Shown piece after piece: positions 50,392-61,264 of a stretch of DNA of 64,000 nt. The position numbers were made by a program, and so were the translations under genes. The notes beneath the pieces were generated by a model. That model was not told the origin of the DNA, searched no databases, and worked only from the letters and a program-made list of their open reading frames with translations. The stretch's first letter is position 1. Each line of letters starts with the position of its first letter. This stretch comes from Candidatus Bathyarchaeia archaeon (GTDB lineage Archaea; Thermoproteota; Bathyarchaeia; Bathyarchaeales; Bathycorpusculaceae), in the NCBI GenBank assembly GCA_049512075.1, contig JBEKXL010000002.1, positions 1-64,000 of the forward strand, given 5' to 3'.

Positions 50392-51708
50392 TTAGCGAAT
50401 TCTTATGTACTTGTAGGCTTCTGTGGCGTCCTCGAAGCAGTAGTGCACTTTCTGGTATTCTTTTCTGAAAAGAGCAACGTCCGCACGCACCTTCTCCAAG
50501 GGTTCCTTGTCGATAATCACACGTTTGACGAACTCTGCAATCTCCACCATCTCACTCTCTTTCATTCCAAGCCTTGTAACTTCTGAAACGCCCATTCTTA
50601 TGCCGCCGGGGTGCATAAAGTGCCTTCCTTCTTTGATGTCGTATGGCAACAGGTTTCTGTTTATGATTATATTCGCCTTTTCCAGAGTCTCTTCGATCGT
50701 GCCACCCTCACCGAGTTTCACTATGTCTATGAGAATCACGTGTGACTGTGTGAACCCTTTGTGCTCGGCCAAAACGTTGAAGCCTCTCTCGTAAAGCGCC
50801 TGTGCCAAGGCCTTGGCGTTCTTGACTACCTGAGCCGCGTATTCATTTCCGAATTCAAGCATTTCAGCACATGCAACGGTCAGCCCTGCCACCGCGTGCA
50901 GATGATGATTGCTCACCATGCCTGGAAACGTTGCTCTTTTTATCTTCTCGGCGTTCTTCTCCCAAGACAGGATTCCACCATGCTGGGGTCCGAAGAATGT
51001 CTTGTGCGTGCTTAGACTCACAACGTCTGCGCCTTCTCTTAGAGGGTCTTGGAATTTGCCGCCGGCAATCAGTCCTGCCACGTGTGCTGCGTCGTAGCCT
51101 GCCGTGGCGCCTACGGAGTGGACGGTCTCAACCAGCTCCTTGACTGGGTGCGGAAATGGAAAGACGCTTGCCCCGAACATGACGAACTTCGGCGGCTTGC
51201 CCTTTGCAGTGAGTTCCTTAATTTTCTCCTTGGCCTTGTCCACATCTATGTTCAACTCCTTATAGTCCAACGGCAGATACTCCACGATTAAGCCTTTAAC
51301 AGCGCCCGCTGTGCCTCCCAGCTCCTTCTTGCCGGACGTTATGTGCCCGCCGCTTGGAATGGACAAGGCCAGCAGCGTGTCTCCCGGTTCAGTGAAGGCC
51401 GTGTAGACAGCCAGGTTTGCTACGACGCCTGAGATAGGCCTGACGTCCACAAATTCAGCGTTGAAAAGCTTCTTCATGAGTTCGATGCACTTAAACTCCA
51501 CTTGGTCAATGAAGCGGCAGCCTGCGTAAACCCTTTCTCCAGGCCAGCCTTCCGCGTAACGGTTCCCAAAATCCGTCATCAAAGTCTCCCGCACGGCTGG
51601 ACTCGGGATGTTCTCGCTTGCTATCAGTGGAATGCATTCTTGAAACCACTTGTGGTGCTGCTGAAGTAGGTCGAAAACGTGATTATACTCATCTCTAGGA
51701 GACGACAT
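50392..51708 (-). CDS. glyA: Serine hydroxymethyltransferase
   Basis: LIASEN, RYAEG, DAAHVAGLIAG, STHKT. Confidence 0.96.
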   Translation of the reverse strand: MSSPRDEYNHVFDLLQQHHKWFQECIPLIASENIPSPAVRETLMTDFGNRYAEGWPGERVYAGCRFIDQVEFKCIELMKKLFNAEFVDVRPISGVVANLAVYTAFTEPGDTLLALSIPSGGHITSGKKELGGTAGAVKGLIVEYLPLDYKELNIDVDKAKEKIKELTAKGKPPKFVMFGASVFPFPHPVKELVETVHSVGATAGYDAAHVAGLIAGGKFQDPLREGADVVSLSTHKTFFGPQHGGILSWEKNAEKIKRATFPGMVSNHHLHAVAGLTVACAEMLEFGNEYAAQVVKNAKALAQALYERGFNVLAEHKGFTQSHVILIDIVKLGEGGTIEETLEKANIIINRNLLPYDIKEGRHFMHPGGIRMGVSEVTRLGMKESEMVEIAEFVKRVIIDKEPLEKVRADVALFRKEYQKVHYCFEDATEAYKYIRIR

Positions 51709-51826
51709 CTCGACACCTTGTTGCGCATGATTATCCACTCCTCAGAAATAAAAACTCTTTGAACCGACACAACATTAATAATGGAGAAACAACACAAATT
51801 AGACGGCAAACATAAGAGGATTGCTC

Positions 51827-52000
51827 ATGAGCAGCAAGAAGAAGAAGAAGAAAGACAAAAAGTCACCGATGCCCGCTGCAAGCGCAGGGCTGCTCAGGTT
51901 CTTTGAAGAGGAAACGGAGGGCATCAAGGTTAGACCAGAACTCTTGGTCGTTCTAGCAATCGTATTGATAGTTGTCGTAGCCTTAATGCATGCGGTCTAG
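51827..52000 (+). CDS. secG: Preprotein translocase Sec61-beta (not in ORF track)
   Basis: SAGLLRFFEEE..GIKVRPE followed by a C-terminal TM helix. Confidence 0.9.
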   Translation: MSSKKKKKKDKKSPMPAASAGLLRFFEEETEGIKVRPELLVVLAIVLIVVVALMHAV

Positions 52001-52009
52001 ACGTGCTTC

Positions 52010-52297
52010 TCAGCGGTGAGAAGGCCCGTGTATTACTTCTATCCGTTGCACTGAATTAAGGTGCACGAATATCTCGCTTCTCTCCTCTCGGCTTGCGACC
52101 TGTGGTATAGGCTGAGCGATGGTTGCGCGCAGGATGACCGCCTCCGCGTCTGATAGCCATATCCCAGCGGGTTCACGTGTGACGGCGGCCAAGGTGCCCT
52201 CAAAACCGTAGGATGGATCCAGTATCACGCGTATCTGGTTCCCTACGTTCTTCTCGAGCATATGAAATATCGTTAAGGGCAGATCTTGCTCTGGCAT
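52010..52297 (-). CDS. Sm/LSm-like fold protein
   Basis: VGNQIRVIL...FEGTL...LSDAE...IFVHLNSVQRIE. Confidence 0.6.
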   Translation of the reverse strand: MPEQDLPLTIFHMLEKNVGNQIRVILDPSYGFEGTLAAVTREPAGIWLSDAEAVILRATIAQPIPQVASREERSEIFVHLNSVQRIEVIHGPSHR

Positions 52298-52548
52298 TGT
52301 TTTCGCAAAACCCTGTAATAGACACTTACACAATAAAACAGTTCCTCTATAAATATGCGCTGTTCAGATAGCACTGCCAATTGCCCCAGACCCTCCGTGC
52401 TCCTGCCAAGTTCAAGTCGAAGCCAGCACTTAACACTGTCAACGATTTTTTGAGCGGTGCTTTCCCGTTATTATTTGGAGGCGCGGTTTCGCGACAGTTT
52501 AATATGCTTGGGCTTTTCTCTTAGGAAGGTCTCCGTAGGGGAATTTGA

Positions 52549-54381
52549 GTGGAAGCTGGGGACTCGCTGAAACAGTCGATGGACGTTGCTGTTAAACGTT
52601 ATTCATCACTGTTCAGACTGCCCTCAGCGCGCAAAGTGCCCCTGCTGCTCTCACTCTTCTGCGTCGGAGGCGGCGTGCTTTCAACAATAATTCTTTTTCC
52701 AACTTTCTTAGGAATAGAGAAGGGCCTGCTCTTGGGCCTGGGTATTCTCTTCTCAAGTCTGTTTGCTGATTATGTCATCAGCGCACTGTTCCTGAAGAAA
52801 GATGCAGTCTTTGATTTGAGGAGAACTATGGCGCTTTCGATTTTTTGCTGGGGTGTGTGGCTGTTCTTCTTGTTCGTAGGCGCGGTCGTGGGTGCAGCAA
52901 CGTCTGATTTGAAATGGTGGATACGACTCAGTCTCCTAGGGTTCTCGGCAACACTGATTCTTCGTTTCACAGTTTTCAACGCAGTTTCCTCAACGACACG
53001 CAAGAGGCTGTTCGTGGCTTCTCTTCTTCAACCCTTTCTGAGCGTAGTTCCCTTTCTTGTTTTCTGGACAAGAATAGGTTATCCCTTTACTGTCACGGTC
53101 AGCATGCTTGCGTTTCTGTTTTCTTCGGTCGTCATCGGTTTTGCCGCGAGTTTCAGCTTTCTCTTTCTACTGAATCGGATGGGTAAGCAAGCGGTTGGAC
53201 TTCAATCTGTAACGCTTTTCAGAGCCTTCATGCTTAGCTGGGTGTCGAACTTGAACGCACCGTTCGAAGAACTTCTTGAGAAGTTGGGTGAAGAACGAGA
53301 AGTCGAGGTTTCCTTGATGAAGTTCGGTTCTCCCGATACGAAGGCGCTTTTGGTCGTTCCTTCCGTACACCCTGGGCCCTTCAAGAACATCGGGAGCAGC
53401 CTCCTGCCCGCCATGCTCAAGGCTGACTTGGAGAAGGAGTTCGGCTGCGTGGCATGCGTCCCTCACGGCCTCTTTGGTCACGAATACGATTTGGCCTCTC
53501 AGTTTCAGAACAAGAAGGTCATCGCCGATGTTATGGCATGCGTGAGAAGCTTGGAAACTCGAGACCAGAATGCCTCTCCGTTTGTGACGGTCAGTAACGG
53601 TCTGGCTACTGCTTGCTGTCAGCTGTTCGGAAAATCTGCTTTCATATCTTTCACACTTGCCCCGAAGACCATCGAGGATTTGCCGGAGGAGTTAGGTATA
53701 TTTGTGCGTGAACAAGCAGAGAAACGCGGTCTGGATCTCTGCGCGGTCGTGAACGCGCACAACAGCATCGACGCAACGGCGGAAATGCCGGACTCCTTGG
53801 CTTCATTGAAAGACGTTGCAACCAAGTGCCTAGACAAGGCGCTGTCGCTCAAGCAGTCGCCGTTCGAAGTCGGTGTTGCCTCTGTGTTGCCCGAGGAGTT
53901 CAGTCTTGAAGACGGGATGGGATCCGGCGGCATCACGGTCGTCGTGATCAAGGCTGGTCAGCAGAAGGCTGCCTACGTGGTCATCGATGGTAACAACATG
54001 GTTTCTGGACTGCGTGAACGAATCCTTTCGTCACTGCTTTCCATAGGCATGGACGCGGGCGAGATCTTCACGACCGACACACACGCGGTGAACGCTTTGA
54101 TATTGACCGAACATGGCTACCACTCTGTCGGCGAGGCTATCGAAAACGAAAAGCTCATCAGCTACATCAAAGATGCGACGCACTCCGCATTAGCCAAGCT
54201 GGTGAGTGTGGGGGTTTCATGTCGCAACATGACGGTTCCCAGCGTGAAGGTCATCGGAGCAAAGCAGCTTGAAGCGTTGTGCCTTTTGATAGACAAAGTG
54301 ATTCAAAGAGCTAAAAGAGCGGTTGTCCCAGTCTTCGGAGTCAGTGGACTGCTTCTTATGTTGCTTTTATTGCTTGTTTGA
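52549..54381 (+). CDS. DUF2070 family membrane protein
   Basis: HPGPF..IGSS.LP, HG..GH, AHN, DGNNM, TTDTH. Confidence 0.88.
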   Translation: MEAGDSLKQSMDVAVKRYSSLFRLPSARKVPLLLSLFCVGGGVLSTIILFPTFLGIEKGLLLGLGILFSSLFADYVISALFLKKDAVFDLRRTMALSIFCWGVWLFFLFVGAVVGAATSDLKWWIRLSLLGFSATLILRFTVFNAVSSTTRKRLFVASLLQPFLSVVPFLVFWTRIGYPFTVTVSMLAFLFSSVVIGFAASFSFLFLLNRMGKQAVGLQSVTLFRAFMLSWVSNLNAPFEELLEKLGEEREVEVSLMKFGSPDTKALLVVPSVHPGPFKNIGSSLLPAMLKADLEKEFGCVACVPHGLFGHEYDLASQFQNKKVIADVMACVRSLETRDQNASPFVTVSNGLATACCQLFGKSAFISFTLAPKTIEDLPEELGIFVREQAEKRGLDLCAVVNAHNSIDATAEMPDSLASLKDVATKCLDKALSLKQSPFEVGVASVLPEEFSLEDGMGSGGITVVVIKAGQQKAAYVVIDGNNMVSGLRERILSSLLSIGMDAGEIFTTDTHAVNALILTEHGYHSVGEAIENEKLISYIKDATHSALAKLVSVGVSCRNMTVPSVKVIGAKQLEALCLLIDKVIQRAKRAVVPVFGVSGLLLMLLLLLV

Positions 54382-54440
54382 GCTAACCCTAATAAGGTTG
54401 AAGTTTTTCATGTTTAATTCCCAACTGGAGGGGTGAAGCA

Positions 54441-55010
54441 GTGATTAAAGAAATAAGGATCCACGGTCGTGGTGGACAGGGAAGCGTCACTGCCGCTGAG
54501 GTTCTGGCCCACGCTGCTTTTTTCGAAGGTAAATGCGTCCAAGCTTTCCCTTACTTCGGAGCAGAGCGACGAGGAGCCCCTGTTAAAGCCTTTGCGCGGA
54601 TAAGCGATGAACCGATGCTTGTGCACAGTCAGGTCTACACTCCTGACTATGTCATAGTGCTTGACCCTTACATCTACAAGGTTGTAGACGTTACAGAAGG
54701 CTTGAAGAAGAATGGAGTTATCGTCATCAACACCAAGAAGAAGCCTGAAGAAATCGGGTTGAAAGGTTGGCGGGTGGCGACGGTCGACGCGACTGGCATC
54801 GCCTTGGAGCTAGGCCTGCTCGTGGCCGGCTCTCCTGTGGTTAACACTTCGATTCTTGGGGCTTTCGCCAAAGCCACTGACGAGGTAAAACTTGAGAGTG
54901 TTTTGAAAGCCGTGAGAGAAACTTGGTCAGGTGTTGCCGGGGAGAAGAACTCGAAAGCAACGGAACTGGCCTATGAACGGCTGACCAAGTGGTGGGATGG
55001 TGAGGCCTGA
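54441..55010 (+). CDS. porC: 2-oxoacid:ferredoxin oxidoreductase gamma subunit
   Basis: IHGRGGQG, FGAERRGAPV. Confidence 0.93.
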   Translation: MIKEIRIHGRGGQGSVTAAEVLAHAAFFEGKCVQAFPYFGAERRGAPVKAFARISDEPMLVHSQVYTPDYVIVLDPYIYKVVDVTEGLKKNGVIVINTKKKPEEIGLKGWRVATVDATGIALELGLLVAGSPVVNTSILGAFAKATDEVKLESVLKAVRETWSGVAGEKNSKATELAYERLTKWWDGEA

Positions 55011-55294
55011 TGACTGCGGTTCCGATGAAACGTAAAGACCTTCCGATAACCCCGCTTTCTTGCCCAACTGTCGGAAGCATGGGAAAAACAGGGTCCTGGA
55101 GAACCTTCCGCCCTGAAATTAACTACTCTAAATGCACAAGGTGCACTCTGTGTTGGGTCTACTGCCCAGACGCGGCTATAACGAGGGAGGAAGATGACTC
55201 TCCAAAGATCGATTACGACTACTGCAAGGGCTGTGGAATATGCGCCAACGAGTGTCCGACCAAGGCGATAATGATGAAGAGGGAGGAAGAATAG
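55010..55294 (+). CDS. porD: 2-oxoacid:ferredoxin oxidoreductase delta subunit
   Basis: TGSWRTFRP; two CxxCxxCxxxCP motifs. Confidence 0.93.
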   Translation: MTAVPMKRKDLPITPLSCPTVGSMGKTGSWRTFRPEINYSKCTRCTLCWVYCPDAAITREEDDSPKIDYDYCKGCGICANECPTKAIMMKREEE

Positions 55295-56473
55295 ATGGGG
55301 CAAACGATCATCGACACGGCGAACCACATTGCCGGTTACGCGGCAAGAGCAGCTCGGGTCAAAGTTGTTGCAGCATACCCGATTACTCCTCAGACAACCA
55401 TTGTCGAGAAAATCGCGGAGTTTGTTGAAAACCATGAGATGGACGCAGAGTTCATCCGTGTGGAATCGGAACACAGCGCGATGGTGGCTTGTATAGGCGC
55501 CGCTGCAACTGGGGTCAGAACGTTCACAGCGACGTCTGCGCACGGTTTGGCTCTTATGCACGAGGCTTTGCACTGGGCGTCTGGCTCACGCCTGCCGATA
55601 GTGATGCCCGTTGTCAACCGCGCCATGGGGGCGCCTTGGAGCATATGGCCCGACTTGAGCGACTCGCTTTCTCAGCGGGACACGGGGTGGATCCAGTTCT
55701 ACTGCGCTGACAACCAAGAAGTATTCGACACGATAATTCAAGCCTACAAACTCTGTGAGGATGAGCGCGTGTTTCTCCCCGCCATGGTGTGCCTTGAAGG
55801 CTTCATCTTATCACACACTTACACCCCTGCAAAGATTCCGGATCAAGAAGAAATCGATGCTTACCTGCCGCCTTACAAGGCCGGCTGGGCTCTAGACGTT
55901 GACCATCCCTGCTCCCACGCAAACCTGGTCTCGCCTGAATGGTACATGGAGTTCCGCTACATGATTCAGGAAGCGATGGACAACGCGAAGAAACTCATTC
56001 CACAAATCGACAAAGAGTATGGAAAACGCTTCGGCTCCGAGTACGGAGGTCTCGTTGAGAAATACAAGTGCGAGGATGCAGACCTGATAATGCTCACGAT
56101 GGGAACCATCGGAAGTGAAGCCAAACTGGCCGTGGACAAGCTGCGCAAGGACGGACTAAAGGTCGGGTCAGCAAGAGTCCGCGTGTACCGCCCGTTCCCG
56201 GTGGAAGAAATAATGAAGCTTGCAGAAAACACCCACCTGCTTGCAACGATAGACCGCCACATCTCCTTCGGCATGGAAGGGTTTCTAGCCTCAGAAACCA
56301 AAGCCTCCCTGTTCAACCAGAAAGACCGTCCTCTGGTCGCAGGCTTCATCGCTGGGCTGGGAGGAAGAGACGTAACCTCTGAAACGATTGAAAAGATAGC
56401 CAAGAAATCGCTGAAGTCGATGAAGGACGGCAAGGTGGAAAAAGAAACCGAATGGGTCGACCTAAGAGAGTGA
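55295..56473 (+). CDS. porA: 2-oxoacid:ferredoxin oxidoreductase alpha subunit
   Basis: YPITPQT, ESEHSA, GLGGRD. Confidence 0.93.
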   Translation: MGQTIIDTANHIAGYAARAARVKVVAAYPITPQTTIVEKIAEFVENHEMDAEFIRVESEHSAMVACIGAAATGVRTFTATSAHGLALMHEALHWASGSRLPIVMPVVNRAMGAPWSIWPDLSDSLSQRDTGWIQFYCADNQEVFDTIIQAYKLCEDERVFLPAMVCLEGFILSHTYTPAKIPDQEEIDAYLPPYKAGWALDVDHPCSHANLVSPEWYMEFRYMIQEAMDNAKKLIPQIDKEYGKRFGSEYGGLVEKYKCEDADLIMLTMGTIGSEAKLAVDKLRKDGLKVGSARVRVYRPFPVEEIMKLAENTHLLATIDRHISFGMEGFLASETKASLFNQKDRPLVAGFIAGLGGRDVTSETIEKIAKKSLKSMKDGKVEKETEWVDLRE

Positions 56474-56478
56474 ACAAG

Positions 56479-57405
56479 ATGGTGACCGTGAAAGAGCTTC
56501 CGAGGGAAGAATACTTGCTCAAGGGGCACGCTGCCTGCGCAGGCTGCGGTCCGGCCATTTCCCTTCGACTGCTTTTCAAGGCGTTGGGGAACAAGATAAT
56601 CCTGGTCGTACCCGCGTGCTGCACAACTGTGATACAGGGGCCATATCCCTACACTTCGTTCGCTGTTCCCCTTCAGAACATCCTGTTCGAAGCCACAGGC
56701 GCCGCGGCATCCGGAATCACTGCAGCCCTCCGCATGAGAAAACTTGAGGATATAACAGTCGTCGGCTGGGCAGGAGACGGCGGTACAGCCGACATAGGAA
56801 TTCAAGCACTATCCGGAGCGGCTGAAAGAGAAACCAACTTCATATACATCTGCTACGACAACGAAGCTTACGGCAACACCGGGATGCAGCGTAGCGGAGC
56901 AACACCGTACGGCGCATGGACAACCACGACACCATTTGGCAAGAAGGAACGAAAGAAAGACATGCCCTTAATCATGGCCGCACACAGAATACCCTACGTG
57001 GCCACGGCCTGCACATCCTACCCGATGGACTTTGTAAGCAAGCTGAGAAAGGCCAGGGACATCAAGGGCACGAAGTACATTCATCTTCTGACGCCTTGTC
57101 CAACTGGATGGCGGTACGACACGAGCAAAACCGTTGAAATAGGCCGACTTGCGGTGCAGACTGGCATGTGGGTTCTTTACGAGATTGAAGACGGGAAGTT
57201 CAGGCTCAACTCTCCAAGCGACCGCCTCGTCGACAAGTCCAAGCGCAAGCCCATCAAGGAATACTTTGCCACGCAGGGCCGCTTCCGCGGTCTGGCCGAG
57301 GATGACTTCGGAAAGATCCAGAAGTGGGTTGACGAAGACTGGGAGAACTACCGTAAGCTCGCCTCAACCTGTGTGTCTGATCCGGCTCTGTACGGAAAAA
57401 TATAA
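56479..57405 (+). CDS. porB: 2-oxoacid:ferredoxin oxidoreductase beta subunit
   Basis: ACAGCG, GDGGTADIG, YDNEAYGNTG, PCPTGW. Confidence 0.93.
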   Translation: MVTVKELPREEYLLKGHAACAGCGPAISLRLLFKALGNKIILVVPACCTTVIQGPYPYTSFAVPLQNILFEATGAAASGITAALRMRKLEDITVVGWAGDGGTADIGIQALSGAAERETNFIYICYDNEAYGNTGMQRSGATPYGAWTTTTPFGKKERKKDMPLIMAAHRIPYVATACTSYPMDFVSKLRKARDIKGTKYIHLLTPCPTGWRYDTSKTVEIGRLAVQTGMWVLYEIEDGKFRLNSPSDRLVDKSKRKPIKEYFATQGRFRGLAEDDFGKIQKWVDEDWENYRKLASTCVSDPALYGKI

Positions 57406-57476
57406 GGCAAGGTCCATGAAATAGACTGCCTTACGATGCAAACCACTGATAATCAACTGAAGAAGAGTGATTGAAA

Positions 57477-57836
57477 ATGACGGAACAAGAGCCCAACAAT
57501 ACCGAGAGAAAAGAGAAAGCGAAAAGAGCCCCGCGAACTACCCCACAGAGCAACCCGCAGGGCGCCGCCGGAAGCGTCGTGTTCGTCGGAAACAAGCCAG
57601 TGATGAACTACGTGCTTGCCTGCATGATGCACCTCAACTCTGGTTCAAACAAGATCGTTGTCAAAGCCAGGGGGCGCGCAATTCCGAGAGCCGTGGACAC
57701 CGTTGAAGTGCTGAGACGCTCGTTTGCAAAAGGCGTCGAACTGGAAGGCATAAACCTGTCCACTGAGGAAGTCGACAGGGAGCAGGGCCAGAAGGCAAAG
57801 GTTTCAGCTATTGAAATATCGATAATCAAACAGTAG
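57477..57836 (+). CDS. albA: Alba DNA/RNA-binding protein with N-terminal extension
   Basis: VGNKPVMNYV, KARGRAI..AVD. Confidence 0.92.
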   Translation: MTEQEPNNTERKEKAKRAPRTTPQSNPQGAAGSVVFVGNKPVMNYVLACMMHLNSGSNKIVVKARGRAIPRAVDTVEVLRRSFAKGVELEGINLSTEEVDREQGQKAKVSAIEISIIKQ

Positions 57837-57981
57837 CCAGCTTCTCTTTCCCGCAGAGCTAACGGACTGTCTGAAAATCAGTTTTGACTGTTGACCCCTA
57901 ACGTTTCTTTTCATAGCGGGAGTATCGATAGCTATATAAAACCTCTTTTCTAATCGTTTAGCTCCAAGCTGGTGGCGTGCA

Positions 57982-59319
57982 ATGGCCGATTACCCCAAGA
58001 TAGTTGTTACTCCCCCCGGTCCGAAGGCGAGAGAACTCGTCAAGAAAGACGAGGAGTTCATTTCACCTTCGTACGGCAGGTTTTATCCTCTTGTCGTTGA
58101 ATCTGGCAAGGGCTGTATCGTGAAAGATGTTGACGGAAACGAGTTCATAGACTTCAACTCGGGCTTGGTGTGCATGGCCGTAGGTCACAATCATCCCAAG
58201 GTCGTTGCGGCCATAAAGAACCAGTGTGACCGTTTCCTGCACTATTCGAACACGGACTTTTTCTACAGAGAAGTCGTTGACCTCGCGGAGAAACTTGCCC
58301 AGATTACGCCTGGGGGTCCTGAGAAGAAAGTTTACTTTGGCAACAGCGGCGCTGAGGCGATTGAAGCAGCCGTTAAGCTTGCGAAGTGGCACAGTCGAAG
58401 ACAATTGTTCATCGGGTTCACAGGCGCCTTTCACGGACGGACGATAGGAGCCTTGTCCTTAACGGCAAGCAAGCCAACTCAGAAGCGTTACTTTTTCCCG
58501 CTTATGCCAGGCGTAACTCACGTGCCCTACGCGTACTGTTACCGTTGCGCCTACAAACTAACCTATCCTGACTGTCACTATTGGTGCGTGGACTTCATCG
58601 ATGAGCAGGTCCTGCAGAAGTACGTACCTCCTGAAGACACTGCGGCCATAGTCTTCGAGTCCATTCAGGGTGAAGGCGGGTACGTCGTGCCTCCTCCAGA
58701 GTACTTCCAGCGAATAAAGAAGTTGGCCGACAAGTACGGTCTGCTGCTCATCGACGATGAAGTGCAATCAGGCATGGGCAGGACTGGAAAATGGTTTGCA
58801 ATCGAACACTGGGGAGTCGAGCCCGACATAGTGTGCGCCGCGAAGGCTTTAGCATCAGGCCTGCCCTTGGGAGCAACGATTGCCAAAGCAAAAATCATGG
58901 ACTGGGTTCCAGGTTCGCACGCGAGCACGTTCGGCGGTAACCCGCTGTCCTGTGTTGCCGCGAGTGCAGTCATTGACGTTGTGAAGGAGGAGAAGCTTCT
59001 TGAGAACGCGAACAAGCAGGGCGCATATATCCTGAAGAGGCTGGGGGAGCTGAAGGAGCAGTGCGAAATCGTGGGTGATGTGAGAGGTAAAGGCTTGATG
59101 ATAGGAATGGAAATCGTCGAGGACAAAGAGAGCAAGAAGGCAGCCCCTCAGAAAGTCACCGAGATCATGATGCGCTCATGGAAACGTGGTATCAACGTTA
59201 TCAGTTGCGGAGCTTCAACCATAAGAATTGCGCCGCCTCTAATCATCACAAGAGATCTTGTAGATTCCGCGTTGGACATAATTGGAGACGTAACGAAAGA
59301 AGTTGGAAAAGAAACGTAA
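57982..59319 (+). CDS. Class III PLP aminotransferase (GABA/ornithine-type)
   Basis: NSGAEA, FHGRT, QGEGG, DEVQSGMGRTG, STFGGNP. Confidence 0.92.
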   Translation: MADYPKIVVTPPGPKARELVKKDEEFISPSYGRFYPLVVESGKGCIVKDVDGNEFIDFNSGLVCMAVGHNHPKVVAAIKNQCDRFLHYSNTDFFYREVVDLAEKLAQITPGGPEKKVYFGNSGAEAIEAAVKLAKWHSRRQLFIGFTGAFHGRTIGALSLTASKPTQKRYFFPLMPGVTHVPYAYCYRCAYKLTYPDCHYWCVDFIDEQVLQKYVPPEDTAAIVFESIQGEGGYVVPPPEYFQRIKKLADKYGLLLIDDEVQSGMGRTGKWFAIEHWGVEPDIVCAAKALASGLPLGATIAKAKIMDWVPGSHASTFGGNPLSCVAASAVIDVVKEEKLLENANKQGAYILKRLGELKEQCEIVGDVRGKGLMIGMEIVEDKESKKAAPQKVTEIMMRSWKRGINVISCGASTIRIAPPLIITRDLVDSALDIIGDVTKEVGKET

Positions 59320-59333
59320 TTCCCGTGTCCTGA

Positions 59334-59762
59334 ATGGAAATTCGAAGGCTGACAATAGCTGACTACGAAGAAATCACCAGCCTCTGGTCTCGAGCAAATC
59401 TGCCCTTCAAGCCTGAAGGAAGAGACAGCAGACAGGCAATTGCAATTCAGATAAGTGCAAACCCCGATTTCTTTCTCGGAGCATTCGAAGGTCGTCACCT
59501 TGTCGGAACGGTAGTCCTCAGCAGTGACATGCGAAAGGGCTGGATAAACCGATTGGCTGTTGACCCTGACTACAGGCGTCGCGGTGTGGCAAAGACCTTG
59601 ATTGAAGAGTCTGAGAAAACATTTAGAAACCATGGCCTCAGAATATTCTGCAGCTTAATCGAGGGTCCCAACAAGGCGTCGAAAGCGCTGTTCGAGAAGT
59701 GCGGGTACAGCGAATACACAGATGTTTCCTACTTCACTAAACGCGACAGCGACGCAGTCTAA
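59334..59762 (+). CDS. GNAT family acetyltransferase
   Basis: LAVDPDYRRRGVA. Confidence 0.9.
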   Translation: MEIRRLTIADYEEITSLWSRANLPFKPEGRDSRQAIAIQISANPDFFLGAFEGRHLVGTVVLSSDMRKGWINRLAVDPDYRRRGVAKTLIEESEKTFRNHGLRIFCSLIEGPNKASKALFEKCGYSEYTDVSYFTKRDSDAV

Positions 59763-60598
59763 CCTTGTTTCTTGCCCACGAGGAGGAAGTGTTCAGCACT
59801 TCCCACGACTGACGGGTGCGTGCAGGTGTCAAGCAATATCTCAACCCACATCCTCCACTTTCCCTGATCCTTGTAAAGTCTGTTGGTTTCCTTCTTTTGA
59901 TGAGAGGACAGCCCTTCTAAACCCGCCATCTCCAGAACATCTGTGCCTCGCTGCTCGAAAAGCTCACGCAACTCTTCCGGCAAAAACCAGTGCGCTGCTG
60001 TGAAGCCTTCTCCCTGCAAACCTGGGACGTAATCACCGACTTCCAAGTGATGCTTCGCATACTGCATCTCTTGCGGAAAATTCACCATAATGGTTTTCAG
60101 TAGTCCAATGCGGCTTATGACTGAAACAAAAATCGGAGCCTTCTTCTTTGCAACACGTATAAGCTCATCTGCAGCCTTTTCCCTACGCTTAGGTTCGAGC
60201 AGATGGTTCAAGGGTCCACCCAAACACAGCACTGCGTCAAAAGATCCGTCGGAAAATGTTGACAGATCCTCCACGGAGCCCTGTACGAACTGTCTGGCTT
60301 TTCGCATGACTCCTGCCCGTTTCATTTTCTTTCTCGCCATTTCCAGCATTTCTGGAACAAGATCCAGGAGAACGATGCTGTAACCCTGCCTCGCCAATTC
60401 AATAGAATATCTGCCCGGTCCTCCACCTGCGTCCAAGACTGTACCGCGTCTTGGCAAGTATTTTTCAAGGAAACGCATGGTTACCATGAACTCTATCTGG
60501 TGATACGGATCCTGCTGCAGACGGCGCCATTCATGGCGGGCGTTACTTGCGTACCAATCTTTGACGATTCTGTCGACTTGCCTGTCAACGTCCTTCAT
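59759..60598 (-). CDS. Class I SAM-dependent methyltransferase
   Basis: VLDAGGGPGRY, FDAVLC. Confidence 0.9.
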   Translation of the reverse strand: MKDVDRQVDRIVKDWYASNARHEWRRLQQDPYHQIEFMVTMRFLEKYLPRRGTVLDAGGGPGRYSIELARQGYSIVLLDLVPEMLEMARKKMKRAGVMRKARQFVQGSVEDLSTFSDGSFDAVLCLGGPLNHLLEPKRREKAADELIRVAKKKAPIFVSVISRIGLLKTIMVNFPQEMQYAKHHLEVGDYVPGLQGEGFTAAHWFLPEELRELFEQRGTDVLEMAGLEGLSSHQKKETNRLYKDQGKWRMWVEILLDTCTHPSVVGSAEHFLLVGKKQG

Positions 60599-60628
60599 GA
60601 CGTTTTCTTCAGCCTCTGAACGTGTTTC

Positions 60629-61204
60629 CTAGAAGTCGGCGGGCTTTGCTATTATTTCCCTTATTTTCATGTCGAAGAATCTGGCGGCGTTTGCGGGGTG
60701 TATGCGAAGTGCGGTGTCTGCTCCTCTTCCCGTGCCGGCGATTGCGACAACGTCTTTGTCAGCTGGGATCAGGCCAGCGTCTGCGGCCATCATGGTGATT
60801 TCGATGCACACTTTGGTTCCTTCTCCCAAGCGTCTGAGAACGTTGGCCATTAGTTCCAAAGGTTGGATTGTGCCAAAATCCTTGCGCACCGCGCGTTCGG
60901 CACTGCTTAGCGCATGGATGCCTGTGAATATTTTTGCGCCTTCAGCTAGTATCTGTTTCTTGTGTTCTTCCTGCAATTCGTTCTTTCCAGGTTCTTGGAA
61001 GCCGAAATTGTGTGTGACGACGACAACGTTTCGGCCTTTAAAAGTATTGGCCGCTCTTGCTCCTGTCTTACCGGTTGTTGAGGCAACAATGATGTCTCTT
61101 ATGTCTTCTTTTTCCACGTACTCTTTTGCAGATTTCAACAGGATGTCAGTGTTCTGTTCTCCTGCTTTGTCGAAATAGATTGTCTTCTTCTCGAATGAGC
61201 TCAT
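60629..61204 (-). CDS. Pyruvate kinase alpha/beta-domain family protein
   Basis: IVASTTG.T, KVCIEI..MAADAG, GTGRGADTA. Confidence 0.85.
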   Translation of the reverse strand: MSSFEKKTIYFDKAGEQNTDILLKSAKEYVEKEDIRDIIVASTTGKTGARAANTFKGRNVVVVTHNFGFQEPGKNELQEEHKKQILAEGAKIFTGIHALSSAERAVRKDFGTIQPLELMANVLRRLGEGTKVCIEITMMAADAGLIPADKDVVAIAGTGRGADTALRIHPANAARFFDMKIREIIAKPADF

Positions 61205-61264
61205 GAGTTCGCCTCACTGTTTAGTTTGTAAGACTCTGGCTTTTGCTTTATAGTTTTGTGTTTT